A stretch of 64,000 bases of DNA from an uncultured virus (IMG/VR IMGVR_UViG_3300021959_000026) (IMGVR_UViG_3300021959_000026); one strand, 5' to 3'; positions 36,501 to 49,500 are shown, numbered from the stretch's first letter. The notes: generated by a model not told the origin, from the letters alone. Numbers and translations are program-made.

Positions 36501-37859
36501 ACAGGAAATTCTTTTGACTTCTACTCTAGACAATATGATGGTGCTGGTGCATCAATTTCTGATTTTGTCAAGCCCGGTTCTAATATTCAATCAGACTTTG
36601 AGTTTTATCTTGGAAGGAAAGACGTAGTTGTAATTGATGACACTGGAACAATTAGTATTATTGAAGGATCGTCATCAACTTCGCCAGTAAAACCTGACAT
36701 TCCATCAAATTCTGTGAAACTTGCTGATTTAAATATTCCACCATTTACTCGTAGGCCGGAAAATGTAACAATTGAAAGAACAAGAAATCAAAGATTTACC
36801 ATGAAAGATATTGGTAAACTTAGCCGACGACTTGGTAATGTTGAAAAAATGACAACTCTAAATCTATTGGAAAGAGATGCTTTAGGTTTTGAGACGTTGG
36901 ATGCTAACGGACTGAGTAGATTTAAGTCAGGAATTGTTGTTGATAATTTCCAAGGTCATAAAGTTGGTGATGCCTTTCATCCAGACTATAAAAACTCTAT
37001 GGACTTTTCAGAGGGAACACTTCGTCCAATTCATGTTTCTAAATCCATCGATTTAGAAGAAAATGTTTCGACTGATTCTGCAAGAACTTCTGCTGGTTAT
37101 CAGAAGACAGGTGATCTTATAACTCTTCCATATACAGAAGTGGTGTTAACAGAACAACCATTTGCTAGTACTGTTGAAAGAGTTGCACCGTTCATGACTG
37201 CGACATGGAAAGGTGTAATGACCATAGACCCAACTCAGGATAATTGGATGGAAACAGAAATTGCTCCCCAGTTGATTATTAACCGTGAGGGTAACTATGA
37301 TGCAGTTGTTGCTGCTATTGGTAATAATATGGGTAGTGTTTGGAACTCATGGCAAACAACTTGGTCTGGAACTGTTCAGAGAGATGATGGAGTACCTGCT
37401 CGACCACCCGTGGAGGATTGGGGCTGGGCCGACGACGGCAACGATGGCTGGTGCTTGACTTATAATATGAAAGTTATGTTAGAAAATAATATTTTGATTA
37501 ATGTTAATAAATTGAAACTTGGTGATAAGATTATGAATAATAGTGGATCAACCATAATTCAAGAACTCATATTTAATCATATGAGAGAAGGCTATTATAT
37601 TATTAACGGTGAATTGGAAATTACCAACGATCATCCCATATTAACTAATGGTGTATGGAAGAGAACAGAAGACCTACTTATTGGTGATGATATAAATGGA
37701 ATTCGAGTTGATACTAAACAATATATTTCAAAAACTACGAAAACAGTAAGTATTGTTACCCAATCAGATGATTATAATGTATATTGTAATGAAAATTTAT
37801 ATACCGTGCATGGTAGATACAAATTATTTCTCCAACAAGAAGATAGGAGCGCTGCATAA
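33507..37859 (+). CDS. VrlC-like (DUF4815) virion protein, N-terminal part, ending in a Hint (Hedgehog/intein) domain
   Basis: TNLN.APYFDDF...NYHRILFRPG..VQARELTQLQS, APGA-like 'AKGAHRL', LARRT.DESG, RFTMKDIGKL, RFKSG.VVDNF; C-terminal CLTYNMKV..ITNDHP..YTVHG. Confidence 0.85.
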   Translation: MAQKTNLNAAPYFDDFNADNNYHRILFRPGYAVQARELTQLQSALQHQIEAHGSHIFREGAVVVPGQGTTQEYYSLKLASTFNGQEVDPSQYYNVDNPTTITGVTTGVTAKVIGFAAATTTDQPLLYLSYERAGTDFETTTFADNENLTANTAISHSTASYAANVASVTTYNSVYSVAAGSTLAQLASAEGPASRTGLAFRIESGIYYIRGFFVNNLEETLVLNNYDRTYTGTVGFKVSETIVTPEDAESLLDNSTGSTNYAAKGAHRLSVSVALSAITTSTDTTNFIALVDLKDGKSSIIGRRTPYSQLADEFARRTNDESGSYTVRPFEFTIGESVDVSVGNDNLQGRYTVGATTDDGNIASSELLSLTISPGKMYVRGYEIDKVRTTIKDISKARDFDTTNAGITTFDIGNYALITNVYNTPDITQISGETTAFNTVQFYDATNTTRGSANGNLIGVGRARGIEYHSGTAGATALSPAAQYKLYLFDIRPFTKLTLSGTPSPTLLATHTNGGVLITGVTSGAKGYVYADGTSGTSVNLISVVGTFRAGEEITSSDSAETGGIVENSSDVDITVTNSETFTFNDFKQVYMEDADSGQDFTADLVFRSAFGLQSIRLEDSVTRADGSIITEEDGGDYLILEDYVAQGLQDTEKNLAVFRLPRGGIKTLLTATNSGLSDTQYTVRRQFIGITNSSGVVTFNAGTNETFLSHSEADYTLSILTAGGGTGEQGDLVSISGKISGAGTSTLTITDASILGSAAKIKLTATILKTSVQSKTKTTKLMKQLKVTSGTTDAYGTRPTDDTISLGRGDVFNLVAVFDSEEASTDALAPEFTTSNQSGTFTRGEKITGATSGATARIVDITSPMSYVLYTSLYFVSGETITGESSGATATVGTLTDGSVDIKSKYAFDSGYGDNFYDIARIIRKGSEPAPTGRLLIIYDYFEHGTGDMLTVDSYVDVANQMNYEDIERSLIDAYDFRPKVEDIAGTSRTLGIIDEITGNSFDFYSRQYDGAGASISDFVKPGSNIQSDFEFYLGRKDVVVIDDTGTISIIEGSSSTSPVKPDIPSNSVKLADLNIPPFTRRPENVTIERTRNQRFTMKDIGKLSRRLGNVEKMTTLNLLERDALGFETLDANGLSRFKSGIVVDNFQGHKVGDAFHPDYKNSMDFSEGTLRPIHVSKSIDLEENVSTDSARTSAGYQKTGDLITLPYTEVVLTEQPFASTVERVAPFMTATWKGVMTIDPTQDNWMETEIAPQLIINREGNYDAVVAAIGNNMGSVWNSWQTTWSGTVQRDDGVPARPPVEDWGWADDGNDGWCLTYNMKVMLENNILINVNKLKLGDKIMNNSGSTIIQELIFNHMREGYYIINGELEITNDHPILTNGVWKRTEDLLIGDDINGIRVDTKQYISKTTKTVSIVTQSDDYNVYCNENLYTVHGRYKLFLQQEDRSAA
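37452..37814 (+). other. Hint domain (intein-like), C1 at 37452, ends HG rather than HN
   Basis: Block A CLTYNMKVML, L.LGD.I, block B ITNDHP, L.IGD.I, terminal YTVH-G. Confidence 0.8.
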
Positions 37860-40327
37860 TGGTAGTTAGAACTTACAACGCAACGCAACAAACTAGAACT
37901 GGTGTTCTCACCGAGGTGTTTGAGGACATTGAGTATTCTAGTGATGGGTTTAGGTCTATTGCTAAAACTGCTATTCCATATGCTCGTTCAAAAACAATTA
38001 CCTTCGAAGCTAAAAGTTTAAAACCATTTACAAAACTGTATGTGTTTTTTGATAAACAAGTGGTCAATAAGTATGTGACGCCGGGCGATAGTGGTGCCGT
38101 TGGAACTGCTTTCTCAAACTTCTCTGATGTTGAAACTCCTGTTGCTGGTAGTACATTAATTTCTGATGGTGTTGGTAATTGTGAAGGAACTTTTACTATT
38201 CCCAATCCAAGAGTTGCTGGCAATCCTAAGTTTGCAACTGGTGATATTGATTTTGTAATAACAGCAGACCCAAATAACAAACAAGTTGGCGACGGCGCAA
38301 ATGAAATTGTTGCAAGAGAAACTTATGCAGACGCAACTTATTCTGCTAAGGGTATATTAGATACACAACAAGAAACTATTATTGCAACAAGAAATGCAAT
38401 CGTAAGTACAACAGACCTTTTTGAAGAAGGTGAAGTTATTGTTGGGTCTGAATTTGTGCCTCCTCGTATGGACCCATTGGCGCAGACTTTTATTGTTTTG
38501 GATACTGATGTTAAAAACGATAATGTTAGTGGTGCATTTGCAACTTCTTGTGATGTATTCTTTTTTGAAAAGGATAATACATATCCTGTGACAATGGAAA
38601 TTCGTAATGTGGTTAATGGAGTGCCCGGACCAAAAATTCTTCCATTTGGTAGAAAAACATTACAATCTTCAGAGGTTACAACATCTACAGATGGAAATAC
38701 TGCAACTACCTTTACATTTGACTCTCCCGTTTATATGCAGGGTGGAACAGAATATTCAATTTGTCTATTAGCTAATACTCCAGAATATAAGGTATGGATT
38801 TCTGATCTTGGAACACAAGATACTTCTGGTAATGAAATCACAGACCAACCTCACGTTGGTGTTCTTTTTAAGAGTTCAAATAATAGCACATGGGTTCCAT
38901 CGCCCACACAAGACATGAAATTTTCTCTCAAGAGAGCTAAGTTTGATACGAATGCTGCTGGTTCAGTTACATTACAAAATCAAACACTTCCTGCAAAAAA
39001 CCTTAATTTGAACCCTTTAGAGATGACAGACAATAGTACAACATTAAAAATTAATCATGCCGGTCATGGTATGTATTCTACTGCAAATAACGTCACTATT
39101 GATGAAGTTAAGTCTGGTGCATCAACAACACTTAATGGTGCAATTTCTGCCACTGCAACATCGATTACTCTTACGAGTGGAACAAACTTTGATGACACTA
39201 GTGGCAAGTATTCTAGAGATGCATCCAACGTGTACTATATTAAAATTGATGATGAGATTATTAGTTATACCACTATTTCTGGAACGGGTATCACTAGTGC
39301 AACACGGGGTGCAAATAGCACAACAGCTGTATCTCATGCAAATGGTGCAACTGTTGAACTATATCAAATTCATAAAGTTCCATTGTATGATATCAATAAA
39401 ACACACACTGCAATTGGTAATATTCAAACTGACAGCTACACAATTGCTCTTTCAACTACCCCTGTGGTAGATGGTGATGCTGGTACATCTACTTTCGGTG
39501 GAAGTTTAGCCACCGCAACTGAAAATGCACAATATGATGTTTCTACTTTTATTATGGGTACTGTAGTTCCGTCAAAAACTAAAATTGAGACGGCAATATT
39601 GACAACTTCTGGAACAAGTCCAAGTGGTTCTGAGACTCCATTTACAAAATCAACAACTAATAGGGTTGTTCCAATTGGTGACAATTATTATTGGACAAGT
39701 AATAATTTGGTTGCGTCTGGTATTAATGAAACAAATGAAATGTCTGGTACAAAATCTTTGAGTGTTCCAATAACTTTAACTTCAGAAATTGATTCACTAT
39801 CTCCTGTACTTGACTTGCAGAGGATGTCAATGATCGCTGTATCAAACAAGATAAATCAGATTGATTCCTCATCAGATGTATATCCTACATCTACATACAA
39901 AGCAATGACAGAACCAGAGGGTGATAATCATTCAGCAATTTATCTCACTAAGAAAATTGAACTAGAAACTCCTGCAACTTCTCTAAGAGTTATTTTAGAT
40001 GCTCGACGGTTTCCCGAAGCAGATATTAAATTATTATTTAAAACTCTACGAGTTGATGATGCATCCAACTTTGAGGAGATGGGTTTTAGATTTTTTAACG
40101 ATGATGGAACTGTCACTGGGTCTGGTGGGCCAGATGTCATAACTCGACCTTCTCTCACTATTAATGATTATATCGAACATGAATACACTGCTGGTGTGAC
40201 AGATGATGGTATTGGTTCTCCCCTAGAAGATTTTACTTCTTTTCAGATTAAAATTGTTATGAGGGCAACAAATCAAACTGTTGCACCATTAATTAAAAAT
40301 CTTCGTGTTCTAGCTTTGGCCACATAA
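37859..40327 (+). CDS. VrlC-like (DUF4815) virion protein, C-terminal part
   Basis: RTG..T, IPY.RS.TI.F....LKP.T.LY.FFD, DPLAQTF, T.FTF.SPVY, G.LFKS.N.STW....DMKF, F..FQIKIVM....P.IKNLR.LALA; AGGAG RBS and TAATG coupling. Confidence 0.85.
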   Translation: MVVRTYNATQQTRTGVLTEVFEDIEYSSDGFRSIAKTAIPYARSKTITFEAKSLKPFTKLYVFFDKQVVNKYVTPGDSGAVGTAFSNFSDVETPVAGSTLISDGVGNCEGTFTIPNPRVAGNPKFATGDIDFVITADPNNKQVGDGANEIVARETYADATYSAKGILDTQQETIIATRNAIVSTTDLFEEGEVIVGSEFVPPRMDPLAQTFIVLDTDVKNDNVSGAFATSCDVFFFEKDNTYPVTMEIRNVVNGVPGPKILPFGRKTLQSSEVTTSTDGNTATTFTFDSPVYMQGGTEYSICLLANTPEYKVWISDLGTQDTSGNEITDQPHVGVLFKSSNNSTWVPSPTQDMKFSLKRAKFDTNAAGSVTLQNQTLPAKNLNLNPLEMTDNSTTLKINHAGHGMYSTANNVTIDEVKSGASTTLNGAISATATSITLTSGTNFDDTSGKYSRDASNVYYIKIDDEIISYTTISGTGITSATRGANSTTAVSHANGATVELYQIHKVPLYDINKTHTAIGNIQTDSYTIALSTTPVVDGDAGTSTFGGSLATATENAQYDVSTFIMGTVVPSKTKIETAILTTSGTSPSGSETPFTKSTTNRVVPIGDNYYWTSNNLVASGINETNEMSGTKSLSVPITLTSEIDSLSPVLDLQRMSMIAVSNKINQIDSSSDVYPTSTYKAMTEPEGDNHSAIYLTKKIELETPATSLRVILDARRFPEADIKLLFKTLRVDDASNFEEMGFRFFNDDGTVTGSGGPDVITRPSLTINDYIEHEYTAGVTDDGIGSPLEDFTSFQIKIVMRATNQTVAPLIKNLRVLALAT

Positions 40328-40328
40328 T

Positions 40329-40559
40329 ATGTCAAGATATATAAAAATAGAGGATGAAGATAATTACGTTAAAGATTCTAACGGTAGTCATGCAATTATA
40401 AATAACAATGTAAACGCATATGAAGTTGCTAAAAAACGTGCAAAAGAGGCACAAAGACATAGAGATGAAATGCGTGAAACAACTAGAGAATTAAATACTT
40501 TGAAATCAGAAATGCATGAAATTAAATCTTTACTACAACAATTAGTTAAAGAGAACTAA
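40329..40559 (+). CDS. Small coiled-coil protein (commonly follows VrlC)
   Basis: KD..S.AIIN, ELN.LKSEM.EIKSLL. Confidence 0.75.
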   Translation: MSRYIKIEDEDNYVKDSNGSHAIINNNVNAYEVAKKRAKEAQRHRDEMRETTRELNTLKSEMHEIKSLLQQLVKEN

Positions 40560-40577
40560 TACCGGAGAATACAATAA

Positions 40578-43500
40578 ATGTCATATCAATCACTTGATCT
40601 TGGTTCAGTTGCAAATGATGGCACGGGCGATACACTTCGTGAATCAGGTGATAAAACTAATGACAACTTTCTTGAAATTTATAACTTACTTGGTGACGGC
40701 ACAGACCTGTCAAGTGGTATCAGTGCAACTGCAACAGTAGTAACTTTAACTGCACCAACAATTTCTGGTGTTGTCGGTGGAACAATTACATCGGCCACAA
40801 TTACAACTCTAACAGGAACTACTTTTAACGCTGGAACTCTTGCATTAGTTGCTGGTTCTATTACAGACAGTTCTGGTGCGATTAGTTTTGGTAATGAGAA
40901 CCTAACAACAACAGGATCAGTTACAGCTGCGTCATTAGACATATCTGGTAATGTTGATATAGATGGTACACTTGAAACTGATGCACTAACGATTGATGGT
41001 GTTTCACTCTCTGAAACTATTGCTGACACAGTTGGAGCAATGGTTAGTTCCAATACAGAAACAAATATCGCAGTAACATATGATGATGCAGATAACACAT
41101 TAGACTTTGTTATTGGTACACTCAACCAAAGTACATCAGGAAATGCAGGCACTGCTACTGCACTTGAAACTGCTAGAACTATTCATGGTGTGTCATTTGA
41201 TGGTACTGCTAATATTGATCTTTCTGAAGTCGTACAAGATACAGTTGGTGCGATGTTCTCTAGTAATACAGAGACAAACATTACTGCAACATATCAGGAT
41301 GCAGATGGAACAATAGACCTTGTTATTGGTACACTCAATCAAGATACAACTGGTAATGCTGCAACTGCAACTGCATTAGAAACTGCAAGAACTATTGGTG
41401 GAACTTCGTTTGATGGTAGTGCAAATATTGCTGTTGCCCTTTCTGCAACTGCTACTGCACTGGAAACTGCTAGAACTATTCACGGAGTTTCTTTTGATGG
41501 TACTGCCAATATTGATCTAACAGAAGTTGTACAAGACACAGTGGGAGCCATGTTCTCTAGTAACACGGAGACAGGTATCACAGTAACCTATCAGGATGCA
41601 GATGGCACTATTGATCTTGTAGTGGGAACTCTCAATCAGGACACAACGGGTAACGCAGCAACTGCAACCGCATTGGAAACATCACGGACTATTGGTGGTG
41701 TATCCTTTGATGGTACAGGCAATATCAACCTGCCGGGTGTAAATACAAGTGGTAACCAAGATACAAGTGGTACGGCTGCAAAAGTTACCGTCACAGATAG
41801 CAATGCAAACACAAATTTCCCAGTGGTTTTCCACGATGAGTCGAATGCATTGTTGGATGACACAGGTGCATTACGTTACAATCCAAGCACAGGCGAACTA
41901 CTTGTTCCAAATCTTACTGTAGCAGGAACGACTACACAGGTCAACACCGTTACAATGAACGCACAAAATGCTGTCGTCTTTGAGGGTGCAACGGCAAATG
42001 ACTTTGAGACAACTCTAACCATCACAGACCCAACTGCTGATAGAACAATTACCATGCCAGATGCAACTGGTACTATGGCACTAACATCTAGTGATATTAC
42101 AGGTAACGCAGCAACTGCAACCGCACTTGCAACGGCTAGAACCATTCATGGTGTATCGTTTGATGGCACTGGTAACATAGACCTCACAGAAGTTGTACAA
42201 GATACTGTTGGAGCTATGTTTAGTTCTAACACAGAAACAGGTATTACTGTAACTTATCAAGATGCAGATGGCACCATAGACCTCGTTGTTGGTACACTCA
42301 ATCAGGACACTACAGGTAATGCTGCAACTGCTACCGCATTGGAAACTGCTAGAACCATTCACGGTGTAAGTTTTGATGGCACTGGCAATATTGACCTCAC
42401 TGAAGTTGTACAAGATACCGTTGGAGCCATGTTTAGTTCTAATACAGAGACAGGTATTGCCGTATCGTATGAAGATGGTGATGGAACCATTGACTTAGTA
42501 GTTGGAACTCTAAATCAAGACACAACGGGTAATGCTGCAACTGCTACTGCACTAGAAACAGCAAGAACTATTGGTGGAACTTCGTTTGATGGTACTGCAA
42601 ATATTGCCGTTGCACTTTCTGCAACTGCTACTGCACTGGAAACTGCTAGAACTATTCATGGTGTATCATTCGATGGCACTGCTAACATTGACCTTACTGA
42701 AGTTGTACAAGATACTGTTGGAGCTATGTTTAGTTCTAACACAGAAACAAATATTACTGCAACATATCAGGATGCAGATGGAACCATAGACCTTGTTATT
42801 GGTACACTCAATCAGAACACAACTGGAAATGCTGCAACTGCTACTGCTTTAGAAACTGCAAGAACAATTCATGGAGTTTCCTTTGATGGCACTGCCAATA
42901 TTGACCTCACCGAAGTAGTACAAGATACCATTGGAGCTATGTTCAGTTCTAACACTGAAACAGGGGTGACTGTAACTTATCAGGATGCTGACGGTACGAT
43001 TGATGTTGTAGTTGGAACTTTGAATCAGGATACCACAGGTAATGCTGCAACTGCTACCGCATTAGAAACTGCAAGAACTATTGGTGGGACTTCATTTGAT
43101 GGTACTGCAAATATTGCTGTTGCTCTTGCTGACACTGCCACTGCACTTGCAACTGCTAGGACTATTCATGGAGTGTCCTTTGATGGTACTGCCAATATTG
43201 ATCTCACTGAAGTCGTACAAGATACTGTTGGAGCTATGTTTAGTTCTAACACAGAAACAAATATTACTGCAACATATCAGGATGCAGATGGAACCATAGA
43301 CCTTGTTATCGGTACACTTAATCAAGATACCACAGGAAGTGCTGCAACTCTAACTACTGCAAGAACAATTGGTGGAGTGTCTTTTGATGGTAGTGCTAAC
43401 ATTAACCTTCCCGGCGTAAATACTGCTGGTAATCAGAATACAAGTGGAACAGCCGCAGTCGCAACGGTTGCAACAACGGTTACTATTACGGATAATGAAT

Positions 43501-46500
43501 CTACAGACGAAAACAACGCTATTGTCTTTACTGCTGGTGGTGATGTTGATGGTGGTAATCTTGGATTAGAATCTGATGGAACACTTACATATAATCCTAG
43601 CACTGGTAAGATTACTGCAACGGGATTTGTGGGTGCATTGACAGGTGATGTTACTGGTGATGTTACAGGTAATGCTGACACTGCAACCGCACTTGCAACG
43701 GCGAGAACTATTCATGGTGTGTCCTTTGACGGCACTGGTAACATTGACCTCACCGAAGTAGTACAAGACACTGTTGGAGCTATGTTTGGTTCCAACACAG
43801 AGACAGGTATTACAGTAACTTATCAAGATGCTGACGGCACTATTGATCTTGTGGTGGGAACACTTAACCAAGATACAACTGGAACCGCAGCAAAAGTTAC
43901 GGTCACCGATAGCACTGCGAATACAAACTTCCCCGTGACCTTCCACGATGAGTCGAATTCATTGTTGGATGATACAGGTGCATTGCGTTACAACCCAAGT
44001 ACAGGAACTCTACTTGTTCCAAATCTTGTTGTAGCAGGAACGACTACTCAAGTTGATACTGTGACTATGAATGCAGAGAACGCAGTCATATTTGAAGGTG
44101 CAACTGCTGACGATTTCGAAACAACTCTAACCATCACAGACCCAACTGCTGACCGTACACAGAGATTGCTCAACCAAAGTGGTTATATCCCCCTTCTTGC
44201 GGCGGTTACAACCACTGCAATTACATCCACACCAGAAGAGCTTAATATTCTGGACGGTGCGACTGTTGTAGTTGGTGAGATTAATGCACTGGACTTGGGT
44301 TCGACGGCTGTTGGTAATGCTATTGCTAGTAAGGCGGTCATACTGGACTCCAACAAAGATTATACAGGAATACGAAACTTTACCGTAAGTGGCGAACTTG
44401 ACGCAGCAACAGGTGATTTCTCTGGTAACGTAGATGTTGATGGTACACTAGAAGCAGATGCAATCACTGTCAACGGTACTGCACTGGATGAGTTCATTTC
44501 CGATACAGTTGGTGCGATGGTCAGTAGTAATACTGAAACAGGTATTGCAGTGACTTATCAGGATGCTGACAATACGATAGACTTTGCCCTCAATGCCGCA
44601 CAAACTACTATAACAAGTTTGTTGGCCACTGATATCAAAATTGGTGAGGATGACCAGACCAAGATTGACTTTGAGACTGCTGACACAATTAACTTTTATG
44701 CAGGAAATGAAAAACAATTAATACTTACAGATGGTGCTTTAACTCCCGGCGCTGATAATATTTTAGACCTTGGTAGTAGTAGTGTAGAATTTAAAGATGC
44801 CTACTTTGATGGTACAGTTACATCAGATGCATTTGCTGGTCCTCTAACGGGTAATGTTACAGGTAATGCTGATACCGCAACTGCACTCGCAACTGCTAGG
44901 ACAATTGGCGGTGTATCATTTGATGGTAGTGCTAATATTAATTTGCCGGGTGTCAATACTGCTGGTAATCAGAATACAAGTGGGACAGCAGCAGTTGCAA
45001 CAACAGTAACCATAACGGACAATGAATCTACAGACGAAGACAACGCTATTGTGTTTACTGCTGGTGGAGATGTTGACGGTGGTAATCTTGGATTAGAATC
45101 AGACGGAACCTTAACATACAACCCAAGCACTGGTAAGATTACTGCTACAGGATTTGTAGGAACACTAACTGGTAATGTAACAGGCAATACATCTGGTACT
45201 GCTGCTACGGTCACATCTGCTGCTCAAACAAATATCACTTCAGTAGGAACATTAACCGCACTTCAAGTAGATAATATTAATATCAACGGTAATGCAATAA
45301 CAAGTACTGCTGGTACGGACTTAACAATCACTCCATTAGCAGGACAACAGATTGTTCTTGATGGAACAATAGTAGTTGATGCTGGTGTGGTTACAGGTGC
45401 AACAAGCATTACATCAACAGCATTTGTTGGTGATATAACTGGTGATGTTACAGGTAATGCAGATACGGCAACCACACTTGCAACTGCTAGAACAATTGGT
45501 GGTACATCATTTGATGGTTCTGCAAATATTGATGTTGCACTTGCTACACTTGCTACCACTGTTACTATTACTGATAATGAATCTACGAACGAGGACAACG
45601 CCCTTATCTTCGCTGCTGGTGGCGATGTTGACGGAGGTAACTTAGGTCTAGAATCAGATGGTACACTAACATACAATCCTAGTACTGGTAAAGTAACTGC
45701 CACGGGATTTGTAGGAACACTTACTGGTGATGTTACAGGTGATGTTACAGGTAATGCAGATACGGCAACTGTACTTGCAACGGCTAGAACTATCGGTGGT
45801 GTATCATTTAATGGTAGTGCTAACATTAACCTACCTGGCGTTAACACTGCTGGTAACCAGAATACCTCTGGTAGTGCTGCAACTCTAACTACTGCTAGAA
45901 CAATTGGTGGAACCTCATTTGATGGTAGTGCAAATATTGATGTTGCACTAGCAACACTTGCAACAACAGTCACTATTACTGATAATGAATCTACGGACGA
46001 GGACAACGCCCTTATCTTTACTGCTGGTGGCAATGTTGACGGAGGTAACTTAGGTCTAGAATCAGATGGTACACTAACATACAACCCAAGTACAGGTAAA
46101 GTAACTGCAACTGGATTTGTAGGAACATTAACTGGTGATGTTACAGGTGATGTTACAGGTGATGTAACAGGTAATGCTGATACAGCAACTGTACTTGCGA
46201 CAGCCAGAACTATTGGTGGTGTATCCTTTAACGGTAGTGCTAACATTGACCTTCCCGGCGTAAATAGTGCTGGTAACCAGAATACCTCTGGTTCTGCTGC
46301 AACTCTAACTACCGCAAGAACTATCGGTGGAACCTCGTTTGATGGTAGTGCAAATATTGATGTTGCACTAGCAACACTTGCTACTACTGTTACAGTCTCC
46401 GATAGCACTGCGAATACAAACTTCCCAGTGGTCTTCAACGATGAATCTAATGCACTTTTGGATGATACTGGTGCATTGCGTTACAACCCAAGTACAGGAA

Positions 46501-49500
46501 CTCTACTTGTTCCAAATCTTGTTGTAGCAGGAACGACTACTCAGGTTGACACTGTTACTATGGAGGCAGCGAATGCTATAGTATTTGAGGGTGCAACTGC
46601 TGACGCATATGAAACAACCCTTACGATCACAGACCCAACTGCTGATCGTACTATTACTTTGCCTGATGTAACAGGTACAGTTGCATTAACTTCTAGTAAC
46701 ATTACAGGAAGTGCTGCAACTCTAACTACTGCTAGAACAATTGGTGGGGTTTCGTTTGATGGTTCTGCTAACATTAACCTTCCCGGTGTAAATATTGCTG
46801 GTAATCAGAACACAACAGGAAGTGCTGCAACTCTAACGACAGCTAGAACAATTGGTGGGGTTTCGTTTGATGGTTCTGCTAACATTAACCTTCCCGGTGT
46901 AAATAGTGCTGGTAATCAGAACACAAGTGGTACTGCTGCTACTGTTACTGGTGCAGCTCAAACAAATATCACTTCATTGGGTACACTAACCGCCCTTACA
47001 GTTGATAACATTATCATTAATGGAACAAACATTGGTCACACTTCTGACACAGATTCTATAGCGATTGCCTCAAATGGTGTGGTTACGTTCTCACAGGCAC
47101 CAGTATTCCCCGATGGGTCCATTGCGATTGCTGATCTAGATATCGACGGCGCAACAGACATAGGGGCTGCACTTGCTGATGCAGACTTGTTCATCGTTGA
47201 TGATGGTGCTGGTGGTACAAATAGAAAATCAACACTTGCAAGACTAAAAACTTATATGTCTGCTGGGTCAACTGTTTCTGCCGATGATATCAATGCTGGG
47301 GATGCCGCAGTTACCATAACAACATCCAGTGGTAACATTACAATTGATGCTGCAGCCGACGATAGTGACATTATCCTCAAGGGAACAGATGGTACTGTAG
47401 ATACAACATATCTAACGATTGATGGTAGTGCTGCTGGTGAAGCAACATTTAACGCAGGGATTGTGATTGCTGATGCTGGAACTATCGGTAGTGCCAGTGA
47501 CAAAGATGCCATTGCGATTGCTTCTGATGGTGTTGTTACCATGAATCAGATACCAGTTTTCAGTGCCGGTATTAATGTTTCTGGTGGTAGTATTGCAGGA
47601 ACACTTTCTACTGCTGCTCAAGGTAATATTACATCACTTGGTACACTCACCGCTCTAACTGTTGACAATGTTGTTATCAATGGCGCAACAATAGGCCACG
47701 GAGATGACACTGATTTGATGACGGTTGCTGATGGTATATTGACCGTTGCTGGTGAAGTTTCTATGACCACTCTAGATATTGGTGGAACCAATGTTACATC
47801 AACTGCAGCTGAACTTAATGTTCTAGATGGTATTACTGCCGTGGTTGGAGAACTTAACGCACTGGACTTGGGTTCGACTGCCGTTGGTAATGCCATTGCA
47901 AGTAAAGCGGTCATACTGGACTCCAATAAAGATTATACAGGAATACGAAACTTTACAATTGATGGCGACTTAGATGTTGGTGATGACCTCAAGCTAACTT
48001 CAGATGCTGCTCTAATATCATTTGGCGCAAATTCAGAAATCACAATGACTCACGTTCATGATACGGGTCTTACTCTAACACATACTGCTACGGGTGACAA
48101 TACGCCTATGGTGCTTCAACTGAAGTCCGAAGAGGATATTGTTGAAGCAAACGAGGTTATTGCATCCATAGAGTTTGCTGCCGGTGACTCAGATGGTACT
48201 GATGGTGCTACCGTTGCTGCTGGTATTCATGCAATCGCAGAAGGTACATTCTCTGCTAGTGCGAATGCAACGAAACTAGTATTTACAACGGGTGTGTCTG
48301 AGACTGCTGCATCCTCTGCAACTGCCAAGATGACATTAAGTTCTGCTGGACTTCTAACCATTGCAGATGACCTTGTTATTAAAGATGGTGGTACAATTGG
48401 TGTTGCAAGCGATGCAGATGCAATTACAATCGCAAGTAATGGTCAAGTAACTCTTACACAAACACTAATAGGAACTGCGTTAGATATCTCTGGTGACGTA
48501 GATGTTGATGGTACACTAGAAGCAGATGCAATCACTGTCAATGGCACTGCACTTGCAGAATTCATTAGTGATACTGCTGGTGCGATGGTTAGTTCTAACA
48601 CAGAAACGGGTATTGCCGTAACTTATCAGGACGCTGACAATACCATAGACTTTGCAATTAATGCTGCACAAACCACTATCACAAGTTTGCTGGCCACCGA
48701 TATTAAGATTGGTGAAGATGACCAGACCAAGATTGACTTTGAGACTGCTGACGAAATACACTTCTATGCAGCAAATGCTCATCAGGTTAAAATCGTAGAT
48801 GGGGCTATTGTTCCCGCAACAGACGATGATGTTGATTTAGGTACGAGTTCAGCAGAATTTAAGAATGCTTTCTTTGACGGTACAGTTACATCAGATGCAT
48901 TTGCTGGTCCTCTGACGGGTAATGTTACAGGTAATGCTGATACCGCTAGCAAGCTTGCAACTGCAAGAACCATAGGTGGTGTATCATTTGATGGTAGTGC
49001 TAATATCAACCTTCCCGGTGTAAATAGTGCTGGTAATCAAAATACAAGTGGTAGTGCTGCAACTCTAACTACCGCAAGAACTATTGGTGGAACCTCGTTT
49101 GATGGTTCTGCAAATATTGATGTTGCACTAGCTACACTTGCTACTACTGTTACTATCACGGATAACGAATCTACAGATGAAAACAATGCGATCATCTTTG
49201 CTGCTGGTGGAGATATTGATGGTGGTAATCTTGGACTAGAATCAGATGGAACATTAACATACAATCCTAGTACAGGTAAAGTAACTGCTACAGGATTTGT
49301 AGGAACACTAACTGGTAATGTAACAGGCAATACATCTGGTACAGCCGCAACTGTTACAGGTGCAGCCCAAACAAATATCACTTCAGTAGGTACATTAACC
49401 GCACTACAAGTAGATAATATTAACATTAATGGTAATGCTATTACGAGTACTGCTGGTGTAGACCTAACGATCACGCCATTAACAGGACAACAGATTGTTC

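Noticed and set aside
37452..37814. Standard splicing intein in VrlC
   Set aside because: Lacks the terminal Asn and +1 nucleophile and is followed by a stop after 14 aa, so canonical splicing is not possible; treated as a Hedgehog/BIL-type Hint
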